DNA of 46,537 nucleotides from assembly GCA_046760225.1 (NCBI GenBank), contig JBHIDR010000003.1, forward strand, positions 1 to 46,537, read 5' to 3'. A program made the translations under genes and the position numbers. Below the pieces are notes generated by a model. It had not been told where the DNA came from, did not search any database, and worked only from the letters and a program-made list of their open reading frames with translations. Of this stretch, positions 37,809 to 46,537 are shown piece by piece. The DNA comes from Candidatus Aenigmatarchaeota archaeon. GTDB lineage: Archaea; Aenigmatarchaeota; Aenigmatarchaeia; Aenigmatarchaeales; JACQIB01. Position 1 is the stretch's first letter. Each line of letters starts with the position of its first letter.

Positions 37809-38081
37809 ATGGCAGTGGAAGATGAAATCAAAACAGCGATTGCAAACAAAAAAGTGATCATAGGTACCAAAGAAGTGGTCAAGGCTCTGAAAGGCGGAAA
37901 TGTCAAAAAGGTAATCATTGCCAGCAATGTTCCGGGAAACACGGTCAGGGACCTTGAACATTACCAAAAAGTCTCGGGCATTGAAATGGAAAAATTCAAG
38001 GGCACGGGAAAGCAGCTTGGCATATCCTGCGGAAAGCCTTTCGGAATTGCTGTCATGGCAATCAGGGGGGGCAAAAAATAA
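37809..38081 (+). CDS. rpl30e: 50S ribosomal protein L30e
   Basis: VIIGTKE, IIASN, LGISCGKPF; position in rpo operon. Confidence 0.94.
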   Translation: MAVEDEIKTAIANKKVIIGTKEVVKALKGGNVKKVIIASNVPGNTVRDLEHYQKVSGIEMEKFKGTGKQLGISCGKPFGIAVMAIRGGKK

Positions 38082-38098
38082 ATTTTGGTGTTTTGAGA

Positions 38099-38497
38099 AT
38101 GAGGGAGTTTGATACAGACGACATACTTGCAATAGCTGCATTCGAAAACGCAACAGGCTGCGATGTAAGGGACTGCATAAACAATGAAACGCTTTATTTC
38201 CTGGTAAGTCCTGGCAAGGCAGCGCTTGCAATAGGCAAGGAAGGCAAGAACATAAAGAATGCAGAAAGGATTCTGCAAAGGCCAATAAAGATTTTTGAAT
38301 TCTCTGAAGACCCCAAACAGTTCATAAAAAACCTCATACCCCAGGCCCAGAAAATTGACATAAGCGGTGAGAAAGTAATTGTGAGCATACTGAACAAGGA
38401 CAGGGGAGTTGTGATAGGAAGGTCAGGCAACAACATAAAGGTAATAAGGGAGCTCCTTGAAAGGAACATTGGAATGAAGGAACTAAGAATTCTTTAG
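38099..38497 (+). CDS. nusA: Archaeal NusA (KH domains)
   Basis: AIGKEGKNIK and VIGRSGNNIK KH motifs; follows rpl30e. Confidence 0.93.
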   Translation: MREFDTDDILAIAAFENATGCDVRDCINNETLYFLVSPGKAALAIGKEGKNIKNAERILQRPIKIFEFSEDPKQFIKNLIPQAQKIDISGEKVIVSILNKDRGVVIGRSGNNIKVIRELLERNIGMKELRIL

Positions 38498-39642
38498 ATA
38501 TTAAGCAGGCTGGGACCGACAAAGTCAAATATCAGTATAAAGAGCATCAGCAGGGTCACTGCACGGACTATTTGCTTTGCCCTTTTCCTGTAATACTTCT
38601 CCACAATTGCCTCGAACATCAGTCCGCCGTCAAGGGGGTAAAGCGGCAGTATGTTCACAATGCCAACAGCAAGGCTGAAAATCCATATCATGTTCAGCAA
38701 AGGAATAAGGGTAAGGAGGAACAGTTTCTCATCAGCCTTGAAGACCGGCTTGTACATTATTCCTATGTAAGTGCTGTTGGTAACCTCGTCATACTCGGGC
38801 CTTATCTCGTATGTATTGCCGCTTGCTTTCACAACCAGGACATCATCCACGTCCAGTTCCCCGACTTCATCGACAAAATAGCCCCTTCCTCCAAGGTGCT
38901 CCCAGTATGTCACATGCACCGGCTTTCCGTTTATCTCTGTTATTGTTGTGTTGGGCTGCAGGCCTGCAGCATATGCCGGGCCTGTTTCATTGACACCAAC
39001 CAGATAAACCCCTGGCCCTGTGAAAGCAGGCCATATCAAAAACATGGTCGCAAGCAAGACAACGAGTGCAATGGCAAAATTGGCAAACGAGCCTGCTGCA
39101 AATATCCTCAGCCTTTTCATGAGCCTTGCCTTTTTCAGCTGCCTTTCATCAGGCTCAACAAACGCGCCCGGGAATATTGCAAGCAGAAGAAGACCCACTG
39201 ACTTCAGCCTTATCTTCTCTGCCCTTGCAATCACGCCATGAGAGAACTCGTGGGGAATGAGTATTAATGCTATAACTATCATCCAGAACCAGAACGGAAT
39301 CAGTATATAACCTGGTCCTATTGCACCTGTTGCAGACGGGGTAGGAAGAATGAGCTGTAAACCTGGCTGGGTTATAAGACCTACGCTTATGAGATAGGCA
39401 GTACTGAGAAGCAGGTGCACACCAACAATCATGAAGATAAGGCATACAACAACTGCAAGGGTATAGATTGCCTTCCATGTGCGCGGTGATAGCTGTGCAG
39501 TCCTGTCGATAAAGTTCCTGAACTTCTTTGTCCTACGCATGACCAGGACGTACTTGAACTCTATGTTCTTCCTGTCCCTGTAAATCAGGATACCTATTAT
39601 TGCAAAGAACAGTACCACTGATATCAGGTAGCCGTCAATCAT
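38494..39642 (-). CDS. Site-2 protease, M50 family with PDZ domain
   Basis: HEFSH, GAFVEPD, AAGSFAN, NILPLYPLDGG. Confidence 0.93.
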   Translation of the reverse strand: MIDGYLISVVLFFAIIGILIYRDRKNIEFKYVLVMRRTKKFRNFIDRTAQLSPRTWKAIYTLAVVVCLIFMIVGVHLLLSTAYLISVGLITQPGLQLILPTPSATGAIGPGYILIPFWFWMIVIALILIPHEFSHGVIARAEKIRLKSVGLLLLAIFPGAFVEPDERQLKKARLMKRLRIFAAGSFANFAIALVVLLATMFLIWPAFTGPGVYLVGVNETGPAYAAGLQPNTTITEINGKPVHVTYWEHLGGRGYFVDEVGELDVDDVLVVKASGNTYEIRPEYDEVTNSTYIGIMYKPVFKADEKLFLLTLIPLLNMIWIFSLAVGIVNILPLYPLDGGLMFEAIVEKYYRKRAKQIVRAVTLLMLFILIFDFVGPSLLNI

Positions 39643-39708
39643 TCAATCAACCTTCCTTTTTTAGTTAAGACTAACATATATATTTAAATTAAATATAAAA
39701 GTGAGCTT

Positions 39709-41259
39709 ATGGCAGAGGAGATGTTCTGGGCTGACCAGATGGCAAGGAAGGTAATCAAGGAAAGAGGAGAGAAGAGCAAGTATGTGGTAGCTGCAGGTAT
39801 AACACCATCTGGCACAATCCATATAGGAAATTTCAGGGAAATGATAACAGTTGAACTTGTTGCCCGTGCACTAAAGTCTGCAGGCAAGCAAGTAAGGTTC
39901 ATCTATTCCTGGGACAACTATGACAGGATTAGGAAAATTCCTGCAAATGTTCCAAAAAGAGAAGAATTAGAAAAGTATATGGGACAGCCTGTAGTTGATG
40001 TGCCTGATACATTTGGATGCCACAAGAGTTATGCAGAACATATGGAGAAAGATGTAGCAGATGCTCTTCCTGTAGTTGGTATAATGCCTGAGTTCATAAG
40101 TCAGAGCAAGATGTACAGGGACTGCGTTTATGCTGAAGAAATAAAGACATGCATGCTTGCAAAAGAGAAAATCAGGGAGGTACTTAACAAGTTCAGAAAA
40201 GAGCCTTTGCCTGAAACATGGTTCCCTCTTCATATTTACTGTGAAAAATGCAAGAAGGATGAAGGAAGGGTAACAAGCTATGATAATGAATATGCTGTTG
40301 AATATGAGTGTACCTGTGGTCATAAGGGCAAAGTGAACTTCAAGGAAAGGGGAATAGTGAAACTTCCTTGGAGAGTTGACTGGCCAATGAGATGGCACTT
40401 TGAGAAAGTTGATTTTGAGCCGGGTGGAAAAGACCATTCTGCACCAGGTGGTTCATGGGATACAGGATCATTAATAATAAAGGTAGTTTTCAATGAAGAG
40501 CCTCCAGTATACCAGATGTATGACTTTGTAATTCCAAAGGGAGGAGGTGTAAAGTTCTCAAAGTCCCTCGGAAATGTCTTGAAGCTAACAGACGTGCTTG
40601 AAATATATCTGCCTGAAATAATCAGATTCATGTTCGCTGGAACAAAGCCGGTAAAGGAGTTCTCTATACCAATGGATGAGGACATCTTCAAACTTTATGA
40701 AGACTTCTTCAAGGTCGAGAGGATTTATTATGGAAAGGAAGATTCCTCCCGCGCAGCGCACTGGAAAAGGGTGTACGAGATGTCTGTTCCAACAGAACCT
40801 TTAAAGGAAGTGCCTATCCAGCCATCATTCAAGCACTGTGTGGAGCTTATCCATATTTACAGAAAACCAGAAGAAGCAGTCAAAAACATAAAGGAAAAAA
40901 TGGATAAGGAAGGTAGGAAGAGATACCTTGCAATGCTAGTTTGTGCAAAGAACTGGATTGACAAGTACGCACCGGAAGAATACAAATTCACTGTGAACGA
41001 AAAGGTGCCCGATGTCTCCCTCATGGATGCACAGAAATCTGCAGTAAGGGAACTCGGTGCAAGGCTGGAGGAAGCAAAAGACGAAGCTGAGATGGTAAAT
41101 ATCTTCAATGAGCTTACCAAGAAGCATGGTCTTACAACAGGGGAATTCTTCAAGGCATGCTACCTGATTCTCTTGAGCAAGGAAAGGGGGCCTAGATTGG
41201 CACCGTTCATAATGGCAATAGGCAAAGAAAGGGTTGCAAAGCTGTTCAAATCAGTTTAG
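39709..41259 (+). CDS. lysS: Lysine--tRNA ligase, class I
   Basis: GITPSGTIHIGNFRE, KLPWRVDWPMRW, EPGGKDH, KFSKSLGN, GPRLAPF. Confidence 0.96.
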   Translation: MAEEMFWADQMARKVIKERGEKSKYVVAAGITPSGTIHIGNFREMITVELVARALKSAGKQVRFIYSWDNYDRIRKIPANVPKREELEKYMGQPVVDVPDTFGCHKSYAEHMEKDVADALPVVGIMPEFISQSKMYRDCVYAEEIKTCMLAKEKIREVLNKFRKEPLPETWFPLHIYCEKCKKDEGRVTSYDNEYAVEYECTCGHKGKVNFKERGIVKLPWRVDWPMRWHFEKVDFEPGGKDHSAPGGSWDTGSLIIKVVFNEEPPVYQMYDFVIPKGGGVKFSKSLGNVLKLTDVLEIYLPEIIRFMFAGTKPVKEFSIPMDEDIFKLYEDFFKVERIYYGKEDSSRAAHWKRVYEMSVPTEPLKEVPIQPSFKHCVELIHIYRKPEEAVKNIKEKMDKEGRKRYLAMLVCAKNWIDKYAPEEYKFTVNEKVPDVSLMDAQKSAVRELGARLEEAKDEAEMVNIFNELTKKHGLTTGEFFKACYLILLSKERGPRLAPFIMAIGKERVAKLFKSV

Positions 41260-41986
41260 CGGCCGATTCTCCTGTCCCTGTTCCTGTACCACCTGAGTAT
41301 CTTATTGAACTCCCTCCTACTGAAATCAGGCCAGAGCGTCTTTGTGAAGTATATCTCTGCATAGGCTGCCTGATAAAGCAGGAAGTTGCTCAGCCTGTGC
41401 TCGCCTCCTGTCCTTATTATGAGATCAACCGGCTCGTTCACCAGAAGGAACTTATTAAATGTATCCTCTGCAAGGGGCACGGTCTTGATTCCCTTTGAAA
41501 CAAGCTTTTTGGCTGAGTTGATTATCTCGAACTGGCTTCCGTAAGCAAGAAGTATGTTCAGCACACCCTGAGTATAGTTCCTGGTAGCGTTCATAACATC
41601 CTTGGCAGCCTGCCTCACGTCCTTCCTCCAGAGAGCAGAATTCCCGACTATTTTAATTCTCAGGTCCCGTTTCCTCATTCTCTTGTCTTTCAGAAAGCCC
41701 TTGAACTCCTTGTTATAAATCCCCCAGAGCTTGTCAACCTCTTTCTTGCTCCTATTCAGGTTCTCAGTAGAAAGCGCGTAAACACTGACCACCTTTATGT
41801 TGGGATCGCCTGCGCACCACTCAGCAACATCCTTGAGCTTCTGCACACCCTTTACATGGCCCCACCATACAGGCTTTCTGTGCTTTCGGGCATAACGCCT
41901 GTCTCCGGTTAGTATTCAAACTAAATACCGTCAGGTATTATTGCCAGATGAAGGTTAGCTTTTCTGCCAGTTACGTCATCTGTGAT
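41256..41986 (-). CDS. uppS: Polyprenyl (undecaprenyl) diphosphate synthase; complement join(41256..41902,41926..41986)
   Basis: LHLAIIPDG-N-RRYA restored on removing 23 nt; YALSTEN, DLIIRTGGEHRLSNF, WPDF, RRIGR; start tentatively ATC 41986 after GGAGGTGA. Confidence 0.9.
41903..41925 (-). other. 23-nt BHB-type mRNA intron in uppS
   Basis: Minus strand CCTG ACGG TA^T TTAGT TTGAAT ACTAA CCGG AG^A CAGG; in-frame TAG inside. Confidence 0.9.
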
Positions 41987-42945
41987 GCCATCACCTCCTG
42001 TACCTTTAAAGAGAAAAACTGCCTTATGAATTTTTCTATTTCCTCTTTGCGATAAATAATAAGCACATAGTTCACCGTTTTTGTACCATTTCTGAAGCCC
42101 TTATCTGTATAAATCCCAGATACTTTGATTCCATTATCATGGAATATATGCGCACATTCCTTTAATAACCTTTTGTTATGCTGCTTAATTCGTATATAAG
42201 GCTGCTTATTACCACCAATATGAATTGTGCCGTCTGCATCAAATAGTCCAGATAAAAACAATTTTTTGAGAAAATTAATTTTGATTATAGATGGCATACA
42301 CGTTTTGTTCTTTTTGCTACCTACTGGCATGCCACAAACTTTGGTTAAAAAGAGGTGTATAACTTTAGATCTTCCAATTAGTCTGTAAAAGTTTTTCTCT
42401 TTGAAAATCGGTGGGCTATAATTAAAAAGTTCTTTAAATATTTTTCTTAAAAAAATCAAATGAGCTATATTATCACCAGTTATTCTTATTTCAGCATTGT
42501 AAGTCGAGCCGTTGCTGATTAAGTTTTTCGGATTGGCTAAGTGACCGTCGCCCATTATGTAGCCAAGCAGATACGCTAACCGAGGTGTTAGAAATTTAGG
42601 AAGTGTATATTGCCTAGAGTTCGTGCAGCCAAACCAAATGGCTTTATCAAAGAGCTCATCTTTATCTGCACCTATAAATTTAACAAGCTTTAAGGCGTGA
42701 TAAATTGGTATACCAACATCACGCTTGCTCTCACCTATCCAGTAATTCAACCTTTTTACATCAACATTAAGAAATTGTGCCATCTCCTTTCTCTTACAGT
42801 TTGCTGCATTTCGCAGAAATTCTCTCATGCCATAAAGTCTTATAAAATCATTTCCTTTCGTTCCTTGTTCATTTGTATATAGCTTGTCTAAATAGCGAGG
42901 AAACTTCATGTTTGGTTCGTGAGGAATCGTAGCTACGTTACGCAT
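41971..42945 (-). CDS. Free-standing double-motif LAGLIDADG endonuclease with N-terminal HTH
   Basis: AYLLGYIMGDG and FLSGLFDADG; KEMAQFLNVDVKRLNYW HTH-like; no intein splice residues; AT-rich. Confidence 0.88.
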   Translation of the reverse strand: MRNVATIPHEPNMKFPRYLDKLYTNEQGTKGNDFIRLYGMREFLRNAANCKRKEMAQFLNVDVKRLNYWIGESKRDVGIPIYHALKLVKFIGADKDELFDKAIWFGCTNSRQYTLPKFLTPRLAYLLGYIMGDGHLANPKNLISNGSTYNAEIRITGDNIAHLIFLRKIFKELFNYSPPIFKEKNFYRLIGRSKVIHLFLTKVCGMPVGSKKNKTCMPSIIKINFLKKLFLSGLFDADGTIHIGGNKQPYIRIKQHNKRLLKECAHIFHDNGIKVSGIYTDKGFRNGTKTVNYVLIIYRKEEIEKFIRQFFSLKVQEVMASQMT

Positions 42946-42995
42946 AATTTTTATATGCGGACATTAAATATAAAGTTATCGAAAAGGTGACTCAA

Positions 42996-43214
42996 ATGAA
43001 GAAAGTATTCGAGATAATTGATGAGATAAAGGATGAGCACAAGAAGATTGCAGAGGCATGGGATGAGAAGAAAGAGATAAGCCAGAGCCTCATGATAGGA
43101 TGGATTGACAAGAACGTGAAGCTCATGCTGGAACTAGGCAAAAAAATCGAGGAGCTTCAGGAAAGGCTTGATACGCTGCAAGCAGAAGGCAAGAAGAAAG
43201 GACTGTTCGGCTGA
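42996..43214 (+). CDS. Small coiled-coil hypothetical protein
   Basis: ATG after AGGTGA; heptad pattern; host-like codon use. Confidence 0.7.
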   Translation: MKKVFEIIDEIKDEHKKIAEAWDEKKEISQSLMIGWIDKNVKLMLELGKKIEELQERLDTLQAEGKKKGLFG

Positions 43215-43218
43215 TTGT

Positions 43219-43701
43219 CTAGAACACATCAACCTCGTCCATCATGTAATCCATAATGGACTCGTTGTCCCTATCAAACCTAAATGTGGCTCTTAGCCTC
43301 TTGTTCTGTAAAACCACAGGAATCCAGTGTTTGTCGTCCTTCCACATCTTCTCAAAGGGAAGCTTGTCCGTATCTGTCCATACTGTACTCATTTCCTCTG
43401 ACTCCTTTGGTTCACCTTCCCATCTGTCAATAAAGAACACATGAACCTTCTGGTCCCATTTCTTTTCCTTGGGCGCAAATGGAAAATAGAACGTGATCTC
43501 TGCCATCTTCTTGAGGTCACTTGGGTCTACCTTGACGCTTGTTTCCTCAAGCAATTCCCTTACAGCTGCCTCCTCTATTGTCTCATTTTCTCCAACTTTT
43601 CCACCAAAGCCATTGAACTTGCCTTCCCCGAAGCCGCGCTTCTTCATTCCTAGAAGTATCTGGTTCTCCTTGACCAAAAAGCACAGTGTTGCATCTCTCA
43701 A
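43219..43701 (-). CDS. Nudix hydrolase, MTH1/8-oxo-dGTP diphosphatase-like
   Basis: KKRGFGEGKFNGFGGKV..ETIEEAAVRELLEET Nudix box, ESEEM, MWKDD. Confidence 0.92.
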   Translation of the reverse strand: MRDATLCFLVKENQILLGMKKRGFGEGKFNGFGGKVGENETIEEAAVRELLEETSVKVDPSDLKKMAEITFYFPFAPKEKKWDQKVHVFFIDRWEGEPKESEEMSTVWTDTDKLPFEKMWKDDKHWIPVVLQNKRLRATFRFDRDNESIMDYMMDEVDVF

Positions 43702-43711
43702 TCCATCCCCC

Positions 43712-43927
43712 CTATCGAATGCCGTGTCTTTTGAGGTCTTCTTCTGTTATTATAGGGCACATATTATAAAAAACTGAGCCTAGCACTTTTCGCGATGGGT
43801 AGCGTGGGTAGCTCATCCTTATTTCCCTTGCATCCTGTATCCCTTTCTCAATATCATGAATATCCATTTCTTTTAGCTCATCGGGGCTCTTCCCCAACAA
43901 TTCTGCTGTCATCTCATAGGGCTTCAT
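43712..43927 (-). CDS. Small hypothetical protein
   Basis: 71-aa ORF packed co-directionally between neighbours. Confidence 0.55.
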   Translation of the reverse strand: MKPYEMTAELLGKSPDELKEMDIHDIEKGIQDAREIRMSYPRYPSRKVLGSVFYNMCPIITEEDLKRHGIR

Positions 43928-43931
43928 AATT

Positions 43932-44786
43932 TCACTTGCCTCTGATTTTTTTCAGTACTGGTGGCATCTTTACCAAACTAGGAGTTTTTGTTTCTTTCAA
44001 CCAGATATAAAGTATTGTAAAGTAGGTAATCCTAATAAAGAGATAAATTACCAAGGTGAAAAAGAGGTAAATCATAATTAGCCCTATGTAAACTGTCAAA
44101 GCAAGATATGGATTTACAGCAAATAAGAAGAACATTATGAGAAAGGAAACAAAAAACCATATCGCTGCTCCTATTGTGATGGCCGCTTTGGAAAGTGGCT
44201 CAATGACGAATTCACCTATCAGTGCTTCTGGAACAGCATTCAAGAGCTTGGGAACGTCTTTCCTGAGGGCGTCCCATACGCTCTGGTCCTTTATCACCAT
44301 CGCAGGCAATGTGAACTTGTATACAATGCTCCAGCTGTGTTCCAGAGTGAATCCTAGCAAATCTTTGATAAAGCTCTTGTCCTTCTTCAGAAAGTAGACA
44401 AGCAAGGAAACAACGAACCCCAAAACAGTGAGCGTAATCACGTCCTTAAAGTCTTTGGCTGCTACACGAAGAGCAGACATGAATGAGACAGGCTTCTTCT
44501 TATATATTCTATAAATAATCCAGCTATGCGCGGTACTGAAAAAGGTATGGGTCAACAAGACTACGAAAACAGCAACTATAAGGGGTGGTAAGACAACGCT
44601 CACAAACCGGCTTTGTGTCAGAAATCTCTCTCCGTAGATATATGGAGCCATGACAATGCTAAACAGCAAAAATAGTACTATCAAGTCAACTACTGCCATA
44701 CATAGGGGTGAGCAAAGGGCAACTGGTCTTTCTTTGCCTATCTTAAGAGTTTCCTTCAAAGCCTGAAAACTACGGCCAAGCACCAT
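43932..44786 (-). CDS. Multi-pass membrane protein
   Basis: About six TM segments; start set at ATG 44786 because the longer ORF overlaps tRNA-Leu. Confidence 0.75.
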   Translation of the reverse strand: MVLGRSFQALKETLKIGKERPVALCSPLCMAVVDLIVLFLLFSIVMAPYIYGERFLTQSRFVSVVLPPLIVAVFVVLLTHTFFSTAHSWIIYRIYKKKPVSFMSALRVAAKDFKDVITLTVLGFVVSLLVYFLKKDKSFIKDLLGFTLEHSWSIVYKFTLPAMVIKDQSVWDALRKDVPKLLNAVPEALIGEFVIEPLSKAAITIGAAIWFFVSFLIMFFLFAVNPYLALTVYIGLIMIYLFFTLVIYLFIRITYFTILYIWLKETKTPSLVKMPPVLKKIRGK

Positions 44787-44919
44787 AATATAATTCTGTA
44801 AATTCTTTTTATAAAGATTCTCTTTATAAAGAATCTGGTGCGGGAGGAGAGAGTTTCGCTTCCACCTTCGTGCACCGAAGGCGGTGCTTCGAACTCTCGA
44901 AGGGACTAACCCACAAGGC

Positions 44920-45768
44920 ATCTGAAAACTTAGATTTTATGAATGTCCTAAGCAACTTATCTAAAATATCCATCTTTCTGGAACCTACCCAATTACCTTT
45001 AACTACAATAGTCTCATCTGAAAAGCCTATAATCTTCTTGAATTTTCTTATATACTCTTCTTTATGTATAGCTATTTCATGTCTATGTGTTCTAAGTATA
45101 CAATCTACTCCAAGATCTCTATGCATTTTGTATATGTCTAGCAATACTTCATCATTGTAGCAAACTGCAACTAAGCTCCTACTCCCTTTATTTAAAAGCA
45201 CAGATCCTTCATCGTCCCAAAATGCTCTTAAAAATGCAATCTTATTTTGCTTGCTTCCTTTCAAAATTTCTCGAGGCACTGTTGTTGATGCTTTTGGATC
45301 TGATGTTGTATAAGCTGGCGTGTAACTTAAAAGGTCCTCTATTATTAGTTTCGAACGGAAAGTTGCAGTAATACAGTTCCACTTATCGACATATATGTAA
45401 GGTTTACTTAGACCATAGACCTTTTTGAAATCCCCTGTAAACTGTCGTATAAGACCTTTAGATTTATTTCCATAGCTTATTCTATATCTTTTAGGCATTA
45501 CATTTCCGTCAAACAAGCAATGGGCTATAATCCTTGTTTTCTCTATACTTAGACCTTTCTGAATCACTGGCCTTTCCTTTATACAAGTTCCTTTTAAATA
45601 CCTTTTAGCTGTATTTAATGAAATGTTTGTTTTTTCTGCAATCTCTTGCATTGTATGTTTTTTATTTCTAAGTCTAAACATTTCCTTTACTTTTTTCTTT
45701 GGCAAAGGTTTTGCGTATTTCCTTGCAAATGCAATTTGATTTTTCTTCATTGCTGTCATTTTCTCCAT
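44920..45768 (-). CDS. Intron-encoded HTH + double-motif LAGLIDADG endonuclease (283 aa from circular intron; 314 aa to 44824 on precursor)
   Basis: TMQEIAEKTNISLNTAKRYL HTH, IIAHCLFDG and FLRAFWDDEG motifs. Confidence 0.9.
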
Positions 45769-45786
45769 TTTTCACACCTAAGTTTA
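44920..45786 (-). mobile_element. 867-nt BHB tRNA intron encoding a LAGLIDADG endonuclease
   Basis: Strict BHB at 37/38; AT-rich interior filled by one ORF. Confidence 0.9.
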
Positions 45787-45875
45787 CCTCAACCTTGCAC
45801 CGTTGACCTGGCTTGGCGACTCCCGCATACAAACAAATATAATATGACAGTTTAAATAACTTATAGGGTGATGTA

Positions 45876-46106
45876 ATGGAAGAGAAGAAGTGCATTGTGT
45901 GCGACTGCGATTACAACCTAATAAAGCAGCTTACGAAAAAGTTGCAGTTCCTGTGGGGCATTGATGGCTATATAAAGGATGCGGAAAAGGACGGGCACAA
46001 GGATTGCGCTGAACTGTTCAGGGAGATAAAGGCTGATGAGGAAAAGCATGCCAAAAAGATGAAGGAACTGCTTCTGAAGAAGGTAAAGGAAGGGAAGCTA
46101 ACATAA
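45876..46106 (+). CDS. Small ferritin-like helical protein
   Basis: YIKDAE..CAELFREIKADEEKH (ExxH); SD GGTGA. Confidence 0.7.
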   Translation: MEEKKCIVCDCDYNLIKQLTKKLQFLWGIDGYIKDAEKDGHKDCAELFREIKADEEKHAKKMKELLLKKVKEGKLT

Positions 46107-46137
46107 GGATAAATCTCTTTAAAGCAGAAAAGATACC

Positions 46138-46537
46138 ATGAAAAAAATAGTTCGTACAATCTCAGGCATAACCCCATTGGCAGTTATGTTAAAACCGCAT
46201 CCATGCCCGCATGGTAAATGCAATTATTGTCCTACTCATTCTGGCGTGCCTGAGTCCTATACACCGACTTCTCCTGTTGTTCTGAGGGCGCTTGACTGCA
46301 ACTATGACCCCCAGAGGCAGGTATGGGCAAGGCTGAAAATAATGGGAATGATGGGACATACAAGGGACAAGGTCGAGCTGATTGTGATGGGCGGCACTTT
46401 CCCTGCTTATCCACTTGATTACCAGAGGGAGTTCATCAAGGGCTGTTTTGATGGCCTGAATAACATAAAGAGCAACAGCCTTGATGAGGCCAAGAAAATC
46501 AATGAGACAGCAAAGCACAGGTGCGTTGCACTGTGCC
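46138..46537 (+). CDS. elp3: Elp3-family radical SAM tRNA uridine(34) acetyltransferase, 3'-truncated by window edge
   Basis: Own translation: MKKIVRTISGITPLAVMLKPHPCPHGKCNYCP..PESY..DKVELIVMGGTF; absent from ORF track (no stop in window). Confidence 0.92.
   Translation, partial: MKKIVRTISGITPLAVMLKPHPCPHGKCNYCPTHSGVPESYTPTSPVVLRALDCNYDPQRQVWARLKIMGMMGHTRDKVELIVMGGTFPAYPLDYQREFIKGCFDGLNNIKSNSLDEAKKINETAKHRCVALC

Larger units (their letters stand above)
44836..45826 (-). tRNA. tRNA-Leu(GAG) with two introns: 44920..45786 (37/38, 867 nt) and 44853..44887 (59/60, 35 nt)
   Basis: GCGGGAG/CTCCCGC acceptor, A73, CCA, long variable arm; TTGA GG^T AAACTTAG..CTAAGTTT TCAG AT^G; TTCG AA^G..CGAA AC^T. 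Confidence 0.93.

Noticed and set aside
42922..42945. LAGLIDADG ORF start MRNVATIP resembling UppS HxAIIP, suggesting one large intron
   Set aside because: No BHB pairing with the uppS junction found and a better HLAIIPDG exon lies directly beside the small intron; treated as chance or an old relic
44787..44921. Extended start of the 329-aa membrane ORF
   Set aside because: Reads through the tRNA-Leu 3' exon and T-loop intron

Overview
Archaeal chromosomal segment. A DPANN lineage (Aenigmarchaeota-like) is my inference, not a database result. Core genes: gdh, gltD-like, rps2, MEMO1, gltX, dys, rpl7ae-rps28e-rpl24e, infB (aIF5B), rps6e, aIF2-gamma, ogg, rpoH-B-A'-A''-rpl30e-nusA, M50 protease, class I lysS, uppS, Nudix and elp3, plus 5S rRNA and four tRNAs. 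The main signal is invisible to the ORF track: I can fold 11 bulge-helix-bulge (BHB)-type introns by hand, in all three RNA classes. Three are 22-31 nt mRNA introns that each carry an in-frame stop and split a conserved active-site motif (GHVDHGK of aIF5B and of aIF2-gamma at the identical nucleotide; DGNRR of UppS). One is a 43-nt intron in 5S rRNA, and seven lie in four tRNAs. Two tRNA introns are large and encode LAGLIDADG endonucleases whose stop codons appear only when the excised intron is circularised. tRNA-Tyr needs a 2-nt middle exon to build its anticodon. Also present: two LAGLIDADG inteins (aIF2-gamma, 17 nt from its intron; RpoA''), a free-standing LAGLIDADG gene abutting the uppS intron, and a ~6-kb island with two nuclease-less tandem-repeat proteins flanking a methyltransferase-domain gene. 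Splicing is inferred from structure and restored motifs, not from RNA data.
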